A stretch of 44,036 nucleotides of DNA from Guillardia theta CCMP2712. Its lineage: Eukaryota > Protista > Cryptophyta. The stretch covers positions 35,110 through 79,145 of the forward strand of contig NW_005434634.1 of NCBI RefSeq assembly GCF_000315625.1. Direction: 5' to 3'. The notes below the pieces were generated by a model, which saw nothing but the letters and a program-made list of their open reading frames with translations, did not search any database and was not told where the DNA came from. Made by a program: the position numbers and the translations under genes. This document shows, one piece after another, positions 23,154-33,594 of this stretch; the first letter of the stretch is position 1, and every line of letters starts with the position of its first letter.

Positions 23154-25790
23154 ATGGCGAATAAGGTAGCTCCAGAAGACGAAGTCGGTCATGAGAAGTT
23201 GGCTGCGAAGCGGGTCCGGTTTTCACGTCAGGAGACTATCACTTGGCACAGTTGCTTTGTTCCAGGTACGACCGTGTATTCCCTTCCTGTCTCGCTTGGG
23301 ATGGTTCGATCTGAACTTGTGGGGCAGGTTCGAATGTGCTGGAGCCCTACTCAACGGGGAGGTTGACGTGGGATTTGTGGATCATCTTCCTTCTGGCAGT
23401 GACTGTTTTCACCGTCCCTTACGCGCTCGCCTTTCAGAGCTCTTCCTGCGGGAGCCAGAGGTCAGGCGGAAAGGAGGCGGGGATGGGAGAGTGTGACATG
23501 AAGCTGCAGGGGTCTAGGAGACACCATCTTCCTGTGGTTCATGGACGCATGCTTCTGGACGGACATCTTCATCCACTTCAACACTGCCATCGTCGTCACA
23601 GACCCTTACACGTGCAAGATGGAGCTCGTGTTGTCCAGGAGGGAGATCGCCAGACAGTACCTCAGACTCTGGTTTTGGTTAGACGCGTTCGGATCTCTTC
23701 CTGTTCAAGCGATCGAGGATGCGCTTTCTTCGGGAACTTGCTCGCTCTCGTCCATAAAAGCTCTGCGGTTCAATCGACTGGTGATGGCCGAGCCTGACGA
23801 GCTGATGTCCTCTAACCACAATCTCAGGCTCGACTTGCTCGTCTGGCCAAGCTGGTTCGACTGTTGAGGCTTGCCAAGTGGAATCGCATCATCACGAAGC
23901 TCAAGGTTCCCGTTCTTGCTGTTAGTCGCGCGGCTTACCGAGGACCGCAGGACTCTCTTGCGATCCATCCGGGTTATCTCAAGCTGCTGGAGATGGGCTT
24001 GTTTGGCATCGTCCTGGCGCACATCCTCGCGTGCATCATCTACGGTTACGTGGAAGTGGAGTCAGTTTCCTCCCCGTTCCCCACCTGGGCGAGCGAGGCG
24101 TCCATTACCATCCCGGGGTCTGGTATCTTCGTACTCAAATGCCCTGACATCTCCCTGGATTCTCAGGGGGACGCTCTCCCTCCCTGCCACGAGTACTCGC
24201 TCTCAGAAGTCAACTGCTCTCGCACTGTCATTAGCTTCACGTCCAATGGTCAGCAGGTCAGTTGTCTACAGCCGGACTCTAGCTGGAAGAAGGAGGCGCC
24301 TGACCTAGTCAAGTATGTCATGAGCTTGTACCTGATCTTCATGACTCTCACAACGGTCGGGTATGGTGACCTGACCATGAAGAATATCTACGAGATGTTC
24401 CTGGGCATCGCTGTGATGTCGGTCGGGACAACGGCGTTTGCCATCGTTGTCGGCAACATGACGGACCTAATCGGCAACTTGGACGTCCGAGCTCTAGAGC
24501 TCAAGGACAAGATGGACGAGCTTGACGACTTCATGCACCAGGAAAACCTCCCGATCAACCTGAGGGTCAGGACGAGACGTTTCTTCGAGCATGTGCACAA
24601 TCACTCAAGGGAAGTTCCTCCTGTTGTGCGGGAACTCCCCATCACCCTCCAGTCGGAGGTCTCGCTGTACCTGTATGCCGATTTGATCAGAAAGGTTCAC
24701 TTCTTCAAACGTTGCAGCAAGGAGTTCGTCACGGACGTGGTGAGGAGGTGCAAGCCAAGGACGCTGGCACAGAGCGACTTCCTTTTCCTGGCGGGAGAGT
24801 ACGGGGACAGCATGTTCTTCATCATAGATGGGACTCTTGAAGTGCAGGTTGACGCTCAAAACAACATCTTCGCCCTGCTGGAGAGCGGGTCCCACTTCGG
24901 GGAGAAGTGTGTGCTGGGGATAGAGAAGTTCCGTCCTGTCACAGTCAGAGCTCTGACTTGGTCGAACCTCTTCTCGTTGAGTTCAGACGACCTGGAGGAA
25001 TGCATCTACCGCCATCCCGACTCGCACGAGATGTTCTTGTCCATCTCTTTCAGCGGCATTGACTCTCAGATCGCCACCCTCTCGTCTCCGGCTATGAAGG
25101 CGAAGAAGAAACCTCGGATGCTGCAGCACCTTTCCAGCCTCCTCTCCTCTGACATCATCCATGAGCACGAAGGCAATGGCGAGAATGCGCGTGGTAGCGG
25201 TCACGGGGAGGCGCCGGGAGTGCTCAAGAACAGCATGTCGGACGTCGTGCAGGATGTGAATTCTGCTGTGCAAGGAAGGCAAGAGCAGCAGCATCCTCAG
25301 ATTGTGAGGAGATCGGCAGGAAGCATGCACAGGAGAAATTCTGACCCGAGATTGAAAGAGATCTCCATCGCTCAAGCGCAGAGGCTCGAGGACGGAGCGT
25401 AAAGGAGCTGCCGCCTGTTGTCCAGCGGGCGATGAGGAGGACAGAGTCGAATCAACTCGCCAGTGTGGTCGGGGCGAGCCTGTCCAAGTTGGTTGTCGAG
25501 ACTCCAAAGGCTCAAGTCGACTTTGATATGCTGGAGCGCTACAACAAGGTAGGAGGAGGGAGAGGGAGAGGGAGAGGGAGAGGGAGAGGGAGAGGGAGAG
25601 GGAGAGGGAGAGGGAGAGGGAGAGGGAGAGGGAGAGGGAGAGGGAGAGGGAGGGGGCCGGGAGGAAGGGAGAGAGGCAGGGAAGAGACATCTCACGCTTG
25701 TCCCAGCAACGCGAACTGTCGAAGGAGAAGCGGAGGAGGTTTGCCGAGGGCATTGTGAGGCTGGAGAAGCTTCTGAGGAAAGAACTATGA
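23154..25790 (+). CDS. Voltage-gated 6TM K+ channel with cyclic-nucleotide-binding domain (KCNH/HCN/CNG superfamily), multi-exon
   Basis: S1 WDLWIIFLL, S2 DIFIHFNT, IARQYLRLWFWLD, S4 ALRFNR..RLARLAKLVRLLRLAK, pore TLTTVGYGD, C-linker, and CNBD FGEKCVLG...RPVTVRA. C-terminal exons are inferred to a stop at 25788-25790. Confidence 0.93.
25557..25650. repeat. (GGGAGA)n intronic microsatellite
   Basis: About 15 tandem hexamers after the GTAGGA donor. Confidence 0.9.
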
Positions 25791-26931
25791 CGGCGTCGTG
25801 CAGCGTAGAGTGGAGGACAGAGAGGGTACGAGGGGAGGGGGAGGAGGGAGGAGGGAGAAGAGGGAGGGAGATGAACATTGTGGATATCGTCAGGGTAGGG
25901 AGGAGAGAGGAGGAAGCGAAGTTGGCAGGATCCTGGAGAAACAAACAATCAGGGGAGATGAAGGGAAGGCAAGGGGAAGGGAGAGTGTTGTTTACGAGAG
26001 AGAGGGAGAGAGCTCTCAAATTTTTGTCTGCACATCATTTAACAACTTTAGAAAGAGTTGATTTACATACGAAATAAAGCACAAATACTCGGAGATGAAT
26101 TTTAAGCAAATTTGATAGTAAATGAACTACAAATACGTTTGAAACAATAGCAAACATGTCTGACGGGAAATCCTCTGAGACGACTTCAAGTATACACATC
26201 CCAGTGACAAGCGAATCACCATGATATGTGTCAGGACCGAGGTTCTCATGTGTTTGATCAAAACACGTATGCATATCAGTATAACACCTCTATGCCAACT
26301 ACAACACATGTTCACATCATGCTGAGATCTTCTGGAAATGAGGACAATTTCACTTCGCAACGAGACGATCAAGGACACCAACCTCTCCCTCCTCCCTGCT
26401 CACAACCTCGCCTCCCTTCGNNNNNNNNNNNNNNNNNNNNNNNNNNNNNNNNNNNNNNNNNNNNNNNNNNNNNNNNNNNNNNNNNNNNNNNNNNNNNNNN
26501 NNNNNNNNNNNNNNNNNNNNCTTCCTCGCCCTCGTCCCTGGCCCTCGTCCCTCGCCCTCCTCCCTCGCCCACCTCCCTCGCCATCCTCCCTCGGAAGAGC
26601 GAGGAGGGGGGTGGGTGAGGAAGGTTGGATGATGTTTACCTCCAGGTGCTCAAGTTTGATCCTTTCACTCCCACGAGAATGCAGAAATTCTCTCTTCCTA
26701 CGAGCGACGAGCATGAACAAAGTACGAACAATTCTTCCTCTTCCTCCTTGTCCTCTTCATCATCCACCACCACCACCACCACCACCACCACCACCACCAC
26801 CTCCTCCTCCTCCTCCTCCTCCTCCTCCTCCTCCTCCTCCTCCTCCTCCTCCTCCTCTTCCTCCTCTTATGTCTACACCCTCGCTTTGTTCTTGTGCGTC
26901 GCATTTGTATACAGTGTGAAAGCAGTGGCGA

Positions 26932-26970
26932 TGATGAAGACGGGGGCCAATGGAGGAGGAGGAGGAGCAA

Positions 26971-27029
<59 letters not shown>

Positions 27030-27967
27030 AGCATGAAAGTGATCTTCCTAGACGTGGACGGAGTCCTCCTGCCCTTTGGGGACGAATGCGATCAAGACAA
27101 GTTTACAAGTGAGTCCATGGAGAGCCTTTCCGCGACCATGGCGGCAACGAGCGCTACTCTTGTCCTCTCCTCAACATGGCGATGCGGCAGACAGCAGGAG
27201 GTACTACAGCAGTTCAGCAGCTTCTGCAAGCAGCATCCAGCCTCTCCTCTCCGTTCCCTCCTCCTCCAGGATCAATTTCCCCACACCACCTGCCCTCGCA
27301 TGCACAACTACAGGCAGTGGGAGATCGCGGAGTGGCTGCGGCAGGCGGAGGAGGAGGGAATGAAGGTGTCAGGATGGTGCGCCATCGACGACGAGGAGCT
27401 CGTCTCGTGCTCGCCGGGAGACGGTGGAGGGACGCACAACGTGCGATACGCCAGAATGTTTCAAGGGCGATGCGTCAAGACGGCGAGCAGGTATGAGCAG
27501 GAGGGAGGGAGGAAGGGAGGGGAGGAGGCGGCGGAGAAGCTGCGGAATCGGACTGTCTGATGGGGGGGTTGGGGGGGGGGGGGGGGAAGGGAGGGACGGA
27601 GGGAAGGAGGGAGGGAGGAGGAAGAAAAAGAGGAGGAGGAGGAGGGGAGGGGGGGAGGAGAAGGGAGGATAGTGACAGGAGCAACAGCAGGGGGCTGCTG
27701 ATGGAACATGTGGAGGCATGCAAGCAGGCACTGAGCCTCAAGTATGAAGGCGTGCAAGAGGAAAGTGCGAATGCGATGAGAAAGGAGAAGGAGGAGGGCG
27801 GGAGGGAGAGAGCGAGGAAGGAGAAACGAAAGAGAGCGGAGGAGGCGCCGAAAGCAACTTTATCATCTGCAACTCGACAGGAGGCAGAGGGAGGTGGTCA
27901 GGGTTCTAGGAGGAGGAGGAGGAGGAGCGGAAAGGTCATGGGTAATGCCATTGGCTCTTTCCGTTGA
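26932..27967 (+). CDS. HAD-superfamily phosphatase, HAD_SAK_2 (Swiss Army Knife RNA-repair-like) type; 5' end uncertain
   Basis: MKVIFLDVDGVL (motif I), LVLSSTWR (motif II), RQWEIAEWL, WCAIDDEEL (motif IV) and CVKT-ASR, then an intron at 27491, then GLLMEHVEAC. This capless HAD pattern is characteristic of HAD_SAK_2. Confidence 0.8.
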
Positions 27968-28198
27968 GGGTGTTGAAGAAATAAGGTCTTGAGCTTGCCT
28001 TGGATACGCACTGCACCCACCTGCCTGTTTCTCAGTCTCCCTCCTCCCTCCTTTCCTTCCTCTAGCTCTCCCCTCCTCCATCCACCCCTTCAACTCCCTC
28101 CCTCCCTCCCTCTCTCCTCTTCCCTCCTGTCCTCACCCCGGAGGAAGCAATTTGTTTGAGGCCTGGAGGTTCTCCTTGCTCTTCTCGTCCTGCCAAAT

Positions 28199-29932
28199 TC
28201 ACAATCTCAGATCTCTCCTTCCTCCTTCCTCTCCTTGCACCTTCCTAACTTCCTGGCACTTGAGCGAGGATGCATAAAAGGTCTTCCTGTTGATGTGATC
28301 GACATAGTACTTCCTACCATTCCTGTCGTACGCGACCTCCCATCCCGACGGCAGGTCTGCCTCTCTTTCTTTCTCCTTCTTCTCCTCCTCGTGTTCCATG
28401 TCCCAAGTTCGCCCCATCCCCCTCCTTGACCCGAGAGCGATCGCGTTCGCTCCTGTCGCCAGCAGGGGGGGAGTGGGGAGGATGTGCCCTGGCACCCCTC
28501 CCCGGCTCTCTCCTTCATGCTGCAAGCGGTGCGGCAACGAGCGAATCTGAGGAGCAGGTACGTTGCGCTGAAGCCCGCCCCTCCCCGCCTGCTCCTGCAC
28601 TATCGGCCTTCTCAACCCGTTCGGAGCACAAGGCAAAGTTTGAGGTGGAGGAGCGGCAGGAGCAGGAGCAGGAGCAGAAGGAGGTTTCCACTCCTGGCAG
28701 GAGAGGAGCTCTTGCAAGGACATGCAGCGGATGCCATGCTGACAGCACTCGAGCGAGAGCGGCCTGTCCTCGGTGACCATGACAAAGCTGTTCTTCCTAG
28801 CAGTGTGACAGTCGCGCAGGAACGAGAGGATGCGCAAGTCGAAGGACCTGGCGTCACCTCCTATCGTCCTCCTGTAGTGATCGTCCACCCGCCGGTCCTG
28901 CAGCTCCCAGAAGCTCAGGAGAGAATGAGAGTTGCTCCTCTTGAGGGCTCGCTCGATGTGACGGAAGGTGCTTCTAGCCTGGAAAGAAATCTTCTCGTTC
29001 CCGTTAGACCGCTTCTTGTCCAGCTCTTCAAACACCGCGATCGGGATGAACACTTTCACTTTCTTCTGGTCCAGCCTCTCCAGCCAGGAGCAGAAGTCTG
29101 GGCTGGCATCCAAGTAGATGTTAGTGTCAATCATCAACCGGCTCCTGGCATCGTCTTCCGGCCGTAGGCTCCTCGCAGCCATGACTTCCATGGCGCTGTC
29201 CAGCCGCAGGTCCTTCATCGATTGGTTGATGCGATCCAGAGCTCGTCCTGTCGCAAGAGACTCGAAGCCGAACGACAGCAGGTCTATCCTCCTCATCGCT
29301 CGCAACCTCTCGAGCGCCATCCGAGTGCATGAAGCGTAATCCTCCATCGAGTAGAATACATTCCTTTTCATGTTGAGACAGACGCGGTTCTCTATCTTTC
29401 GGGAGATCGCCTCCAGGATCTTCATCTCTCTCTCCTCGTCTTCTGCAGAAGGCAACTTCTGAACCCTCAAGACGTACTCGTTCATATCAACAAGTTTTCC
29501 CTTCTCGATGCAAGCTGACAGGAAATCCTCCTTCACCAGTGGCAGCCCCTTCCCTATGGCTGTCGCAAGGGCAGCTGCACGCTTCTCGGAGTCAAGAGCT
29601 GCCTGAGTTGTGATCACATGAGTGACTTTCTGCGTCACTGACTGCGCGCACGACCCCGACCCCAACTCCACCAGCTCCTTCAACGTCTGCTGCGGTCTGG
29701 TGAACTTGCCCGAGAACGCAAACACCATCCCATGGAAGACAGGCAGTTTCTGCTCATCGTTCTTTGATGTAGACTTCATCTCAACTGACTCGCTGCTGCT
29801 GCTGCTCCAGCGGCCTCTTGCTGCGACCCTCCCGCCGTTTCCTGACCCTCCTATGCAGGAGGGAAATTCAAAAAGGCGTGTGAAACGACATAAACGTGAC
29901 TTTCCCGACACTGCGGCCGGCCCGGCCGGCAT
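28199..29932 (-). CDS. BRCT + PIN (Swt1/PIN_4-like) RNase + C-terminal WW domain protein; intronless
   Basis: BRCT: FHGMVFAFSGKF...VTQKVTHVI...LPLVKEDFLSACI. PIN: LMIDTNIYL...FIPIAVFEELDKKR...ARS...DLRIL...MVTEDRPL. WW: LPSGWEVAYDRNGRKYYVDHINRKT. The true start may be the later MKSTSK (~29779). Confidence 0.85.
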   Translation of the reverse strand: MPAGPAAVSGKSRLCRFTRLFEFPSCIGGSGNGGRVAARGRWSSSSSESVEMKSTSKNDEQKLPVFHGMVFAFSGKFTRPQQTLKELVELGSGSCAQSVTQKVTHVITTQAALDSEKRAAALATAIGKGLPLVKEDFLSACIEKGKLVDMNEYVLRVQKLPSAEDEEREMKILEAISRKIENRVCLNMKRNVFYSMEDYASCTRMALERLRAMRRIDLLSFGFESLATGRALDRINQSMKDLRLDSAMEVMAARSLRPEDDARSRLMIDTNIYLDASPDFCSWLERLDQKKVKVFIPIAVFEELDKKRSNGNEKISFQARSTFRHIERALKRSNSHSLLSFWELQDRRVDDHYRRTIGGDARSFDLRILSFLRDCHTARKNSFVMVTEDRPLSLECCQHGIRCMSLQELLSCQEWKPPSAPAPAPAAPPPQTLPCAPNGLRRPIVQEQAGRGGLQRNVPAPQIRSLPHRLQHEGESRGGVPGHILPTPPLLATGANAIALGSRRGMGRTWDMEHEEEKKEKEREADLPSGWEVAYDRNGRKYYVDHINRKTFYASSLKCQEVRKVQGEEGGRRDLRL

Positions 29933-30068
29933 ATCAGTGAGTTCGGCCGTGGCCCGGCCGGGCCCCGGTGTTCAGCCTGACAGTTTGGTGCTTGGAAAAT
30001 TACGTTGAGATCGGATCGGAGGATCATTGGGCTCCGATGACGGTCTGTCACTGAGGGCCGACTCTAGC

Positions 30069-30367
30069 CTCATGACGCGGCTACATGAAGCCGTGAAAAG
30101 TAATCGATACGGTATATTATATTTTAAATTGATTTAAAAGTATAATATTTCAATAATATTTCAACGTTTCGAAATGTCGTTCCATGTTGTAAACTGTGTA
30201 GTACAGAGTGTGTAGCCGCGAAATTTCGCGGTTACGTACGCGGCTACACTCCTATAAACTAAACTTTTAGTATTGCAATCGAACAGTATTTTGTTCAATT
30301 GCCGTTAGGTAAATTCAAATTCCAAATAACTTCTTTTCGATGCGTAGCCGCGTAGCCGCGACATGAG
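30069..30367. mobile_element. Putative MITE-like element with 16 bp terminal inverted repeats
   Basis: CTCATGACGCGGCTAC (30069-30084) and GTAGCCGCGACATGAG (30352-30367) are inverted with 1 mismatch. The interior is AT-rich with further GTAGCCGCG copies. No clear target-site duplication. Confidence 0.5.
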
Positions 30368-30819
30368 TTTTTACAGTCTACTTGTTTACGCGCCCGTGAC
30401 GAGGCGGTGCGGTCTCGTGACGGGCGCAACAAGGCCGGCGACTCCTTGGACTCATCAGGAGCGTGACGGCCAAGGTAACTCAGTCCCTCCCTCGTGACCC
30501 TCCGGGTTATGACCGGGGCCCCTCCCAATTGCCTCCCGGTCTGACAGCCGTACTCGCCCCGGTACTTACCCCGAACGACCCGTTTGATCTTACAAGTTAT
30601 TTTAAGATTTGTACCGATTTAAACTATAAGTGGATGTCCCAAAAATAGCACCTACAATGATGTAGCAAGTGGCTCAGGTACCAAAGTTTAGTTATTTGGA
30701 ATCAGAACCTCACCCTCAGTATTATAAATGTTATTTCTGGTTGGAACTTTTAGGTTTTAAAAGGCCCCCATTGGCCTGTGTAGTAAATCTCCGAAACACA
30801 TTGTTTCGATTAAGTCCCA

Positions 30820-31170
30820 ACAAGTAGGTCACACGACTCGGGGGGTGGGTGTCTACCCTGGAAGGCAAAAGGTGGTGTCCCCTGGTAGGGTCATTGAGTA
30901 CGGGGTCATAACTTGATATTTCCAGGGTGATCTGCACTATGTTGATCATTTGGTGGGGTATCCAAGCCTGGGGTGGATGGAAATGAGGTGGGGAGGGGTA
31001 CCTTGTCTGGAAACAGGTGTAGGAAGGTGTAGTAAAAATGTTCTAAACCTTTAAACTTACGACTGAAAAGTGCAGGGGGTTGATACAAGGGAATAGAGTG
31101 GGGTGGGGTGGATCCGATGTTGATTGACTACCGGTGCAGAAGACATGGATAGGTAGGGTAGGGTCACACT
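30820..31170 (+). promoter_or_regulatory. GGGGT-rich intergenic block upstream of the kinase
   Basis: Repeated GGGGT(A/G/C) runs on the + strand; non-coding. Confidence 0.4.
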
Positions 31171-31524
31171 TGGAGAAAGGCCAAGTGCGGTGTCCCTTAC
31201 GGTAACAAGACAGCATGACGGGATCCGCAACCGAAGGCAGTCAAAGAAGTAGAGGGAGGCGATGAACGCGAGGATAGGACGGAATAAGATCAGCAGAGCG
31301 AGAGAGGAAATGAGATTTTCGGTGTACACCGTCTTGAACTCAAAATGATGCATCATGATGAAAATTTGAATTTTTTGTTACGTACCTAAATGGGTAGGAT
31401 ACGTTGATCATTTCTTATCACATTTTTCAAGAATACCACATGCTTGATGCAGGCAAACAGTTTTGCTTGACGTTTTTCTCACATGAATGCCGACAACCTT
31501 TTGACATTCTTTTCGTTTCAGAGT

Positions 31525-32915
31525 ATGGACCATTGTGCCCCTCATCCAGAGCCCGGAAGTAGTAGACAGTGCAAGGACCTCGAACAAAGTGACAGCATGG
31601 TATCCCATCGCGTTGGCCGAAGGGATTCAGAGGAAGGAGAGGGTTACATGTCGAACGAGTATGACTCCCTTGGTCTCCTCATCGACGGGAACGGTCTCAA
31701 GGCTTTCCACTCCTCAGCAGGGCATCCCGACGACGCAATGGCACAGCCGCTCCCGGCATGTAGGGACTGCAGCATCTCAGACGTCCCGATCGTTGAGATC
31801 CTGAGAAAGACAGAACGCTGGCATCTCAAACGATCTGCATTCAACTTTGAAGGTGATGACGCGTTTTCTTCCTCACCAAACCTTGTCTGACAGACTTTGT
31901 TTTGCAGGCTCAGTGCTACTGGGTGAAGGCTCAGTCGGGACGGTCATGAAGGCGAAGCTCAACGGGAGCCCGGTGGCAGTGAAGATCCTCCGAGAAGATC
32001 TCAAGTCGTCGATGCAGCATCTCAAGGATCTGATCCAGGTACGTCTCAGTTGCCCAACCATCGTTTGCTGATTTTTGGTCGCAGGAAGTATTGGCTGCGT
32101 CTATCCTTGGAAACCGGCACCCCAACTTGGTCGGTTTTTATGGCGCATGCCTGGATATGGACGACCTCCGTGTCGTCTACGAGCTCGTTGATGGGCAGAA
32201 CCTGGAGGAGATCCTAAACCTGAAGAGCTCGACAATCTCACAGAAGCGCTGGAGACCCCCCCTCGAGCTGGCGCTGAGCTGGTCGAAGCAGATGCTGAGT
32301 GCATTGACGTTCCTCCATCACGGCCAGCCGTCCATCATACACAGAGACGTGAAACCCTCCAACCTATTTCTCAGCTCGAACCTCGAGGTGCTCAAACTCG
32401 GCGACTTCGGCCTCTGCAAGGTGCTCTACCACGAGCGCGAGCACATTGGAGCTAGAGGGCAGATGAGCGGCAACACTGGGTCCTGGAGGTACATGGCGCC
32501 CGAAGTCTTCACAGAGCAGGGAGGGTACACTCACTGCTACACGACGAAAGTAGACATCTACTCAGCTGCCGTCGTGATCTGGTGCATGTGCACGGGAGAG
32601 CTGCCGTTCGCTTCCATGGACCCTCACAAGATTGCGCTCATGGTCTGCCGGCAGGGTCTCAGGCCTCCCCTACACTTCCTCAAGAATCAGCGAGTTGCCA
32701 AGATCCTTCACAGAGCGTGGTCGAGCGATCCGAGCAAGAGGCCGTCGGCGGCTACCATGGCGCTGAAGCTGAGCCGTGTCGGCACGGGGGACGAGGATGT
32801 GCCCATGAGGGACGAGGATGTCTCCGCTAACTTTCATGGATCCTGGCCTCCTCAGAAGGTCTGGGGCGGAGGCGCCATTCCGACCAGAGTTACTGTGATG
32901 GCGTCAAGAGTGTAA
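31525..32915 (+). CDS. Tyrosine-kinase-like (TKL, MAP3K/MLK-like) Ser/Thr protein kinase, 3 exons
   Basis: LGEGSVGTV, VAVKIL, RHPNLVGFYGAC, IIHRDVKPSN, DFG, GSWRYMAPE, KVDIYS, PF...GLRP and AWSSDPSKRPS. Introns at ~31853-31908 and ~32039-32084. Confidence 0.93.
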
Positions 32916-33594
32916 CATACGGCTGTGTCCGAGACTCGCGGATTGAACCCCAACGGCTCCGTCGCAGTCAACTTTGTGCTTTACTAGATACTGAATTAAC
33001 TTCTTAACCACCTTGATTACCGTTGAAGGGTGTCTTGAGTGAATTGAACTTCCGAAAGAAACTAGCCTAGTAGTGCGTCCTTCTGCCGAGTCCTGTTTGA
33101 CCGTCACAGTAGCACGGTGGGCTGAACCCGCCGGTCCCCGCCGACCTCAGTCTGACCGCAAAGTGACGTTACTGCACTGGGGGGTCTGCGGCCAACAGGC
33201 TGTCCCCCCGGGCGATCCGGCGAAGCTCACTGTCAGTGACAGGCCCTGTGGTCCGTCCGTCCGTCACTAGTACTGCGGCAAGAAGTTTCAAGTAACTTCC
33301 GTTCCGAGCCGACTCGGCGAGTGGGCCACCCGGTGACCGTACTGAGGCCGGGCGTAAACTTGCCGGAGTCCGAGTCACAGGCACCTTCGAAGCCTTCCGT
33401 TCCGAGGCCGGAGTCCGATCTGGATTGCGGAAGTTTTTCGAGCCGAGTCACGAGGCTGCAGGCCGCTTCGGGCCGGGCGCCGGGGGGAGGCCCCGGGCCG
33501 GCCCGGCGGTTCTGGCCCGGTTGTCCACGGTTGACTATTAGTGACCAACTTTTTTTTAAGCTCCCAAAATAGAACCTCAAGGCGGTGTCGAGCG

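Noticed and set aside
24983-26019. Long antisense ORFs over the channel 3' end
   Set aside because: They are shadows of GC-rich coding sequence plus the (GGGAGA)n repeat, with no domain signal.
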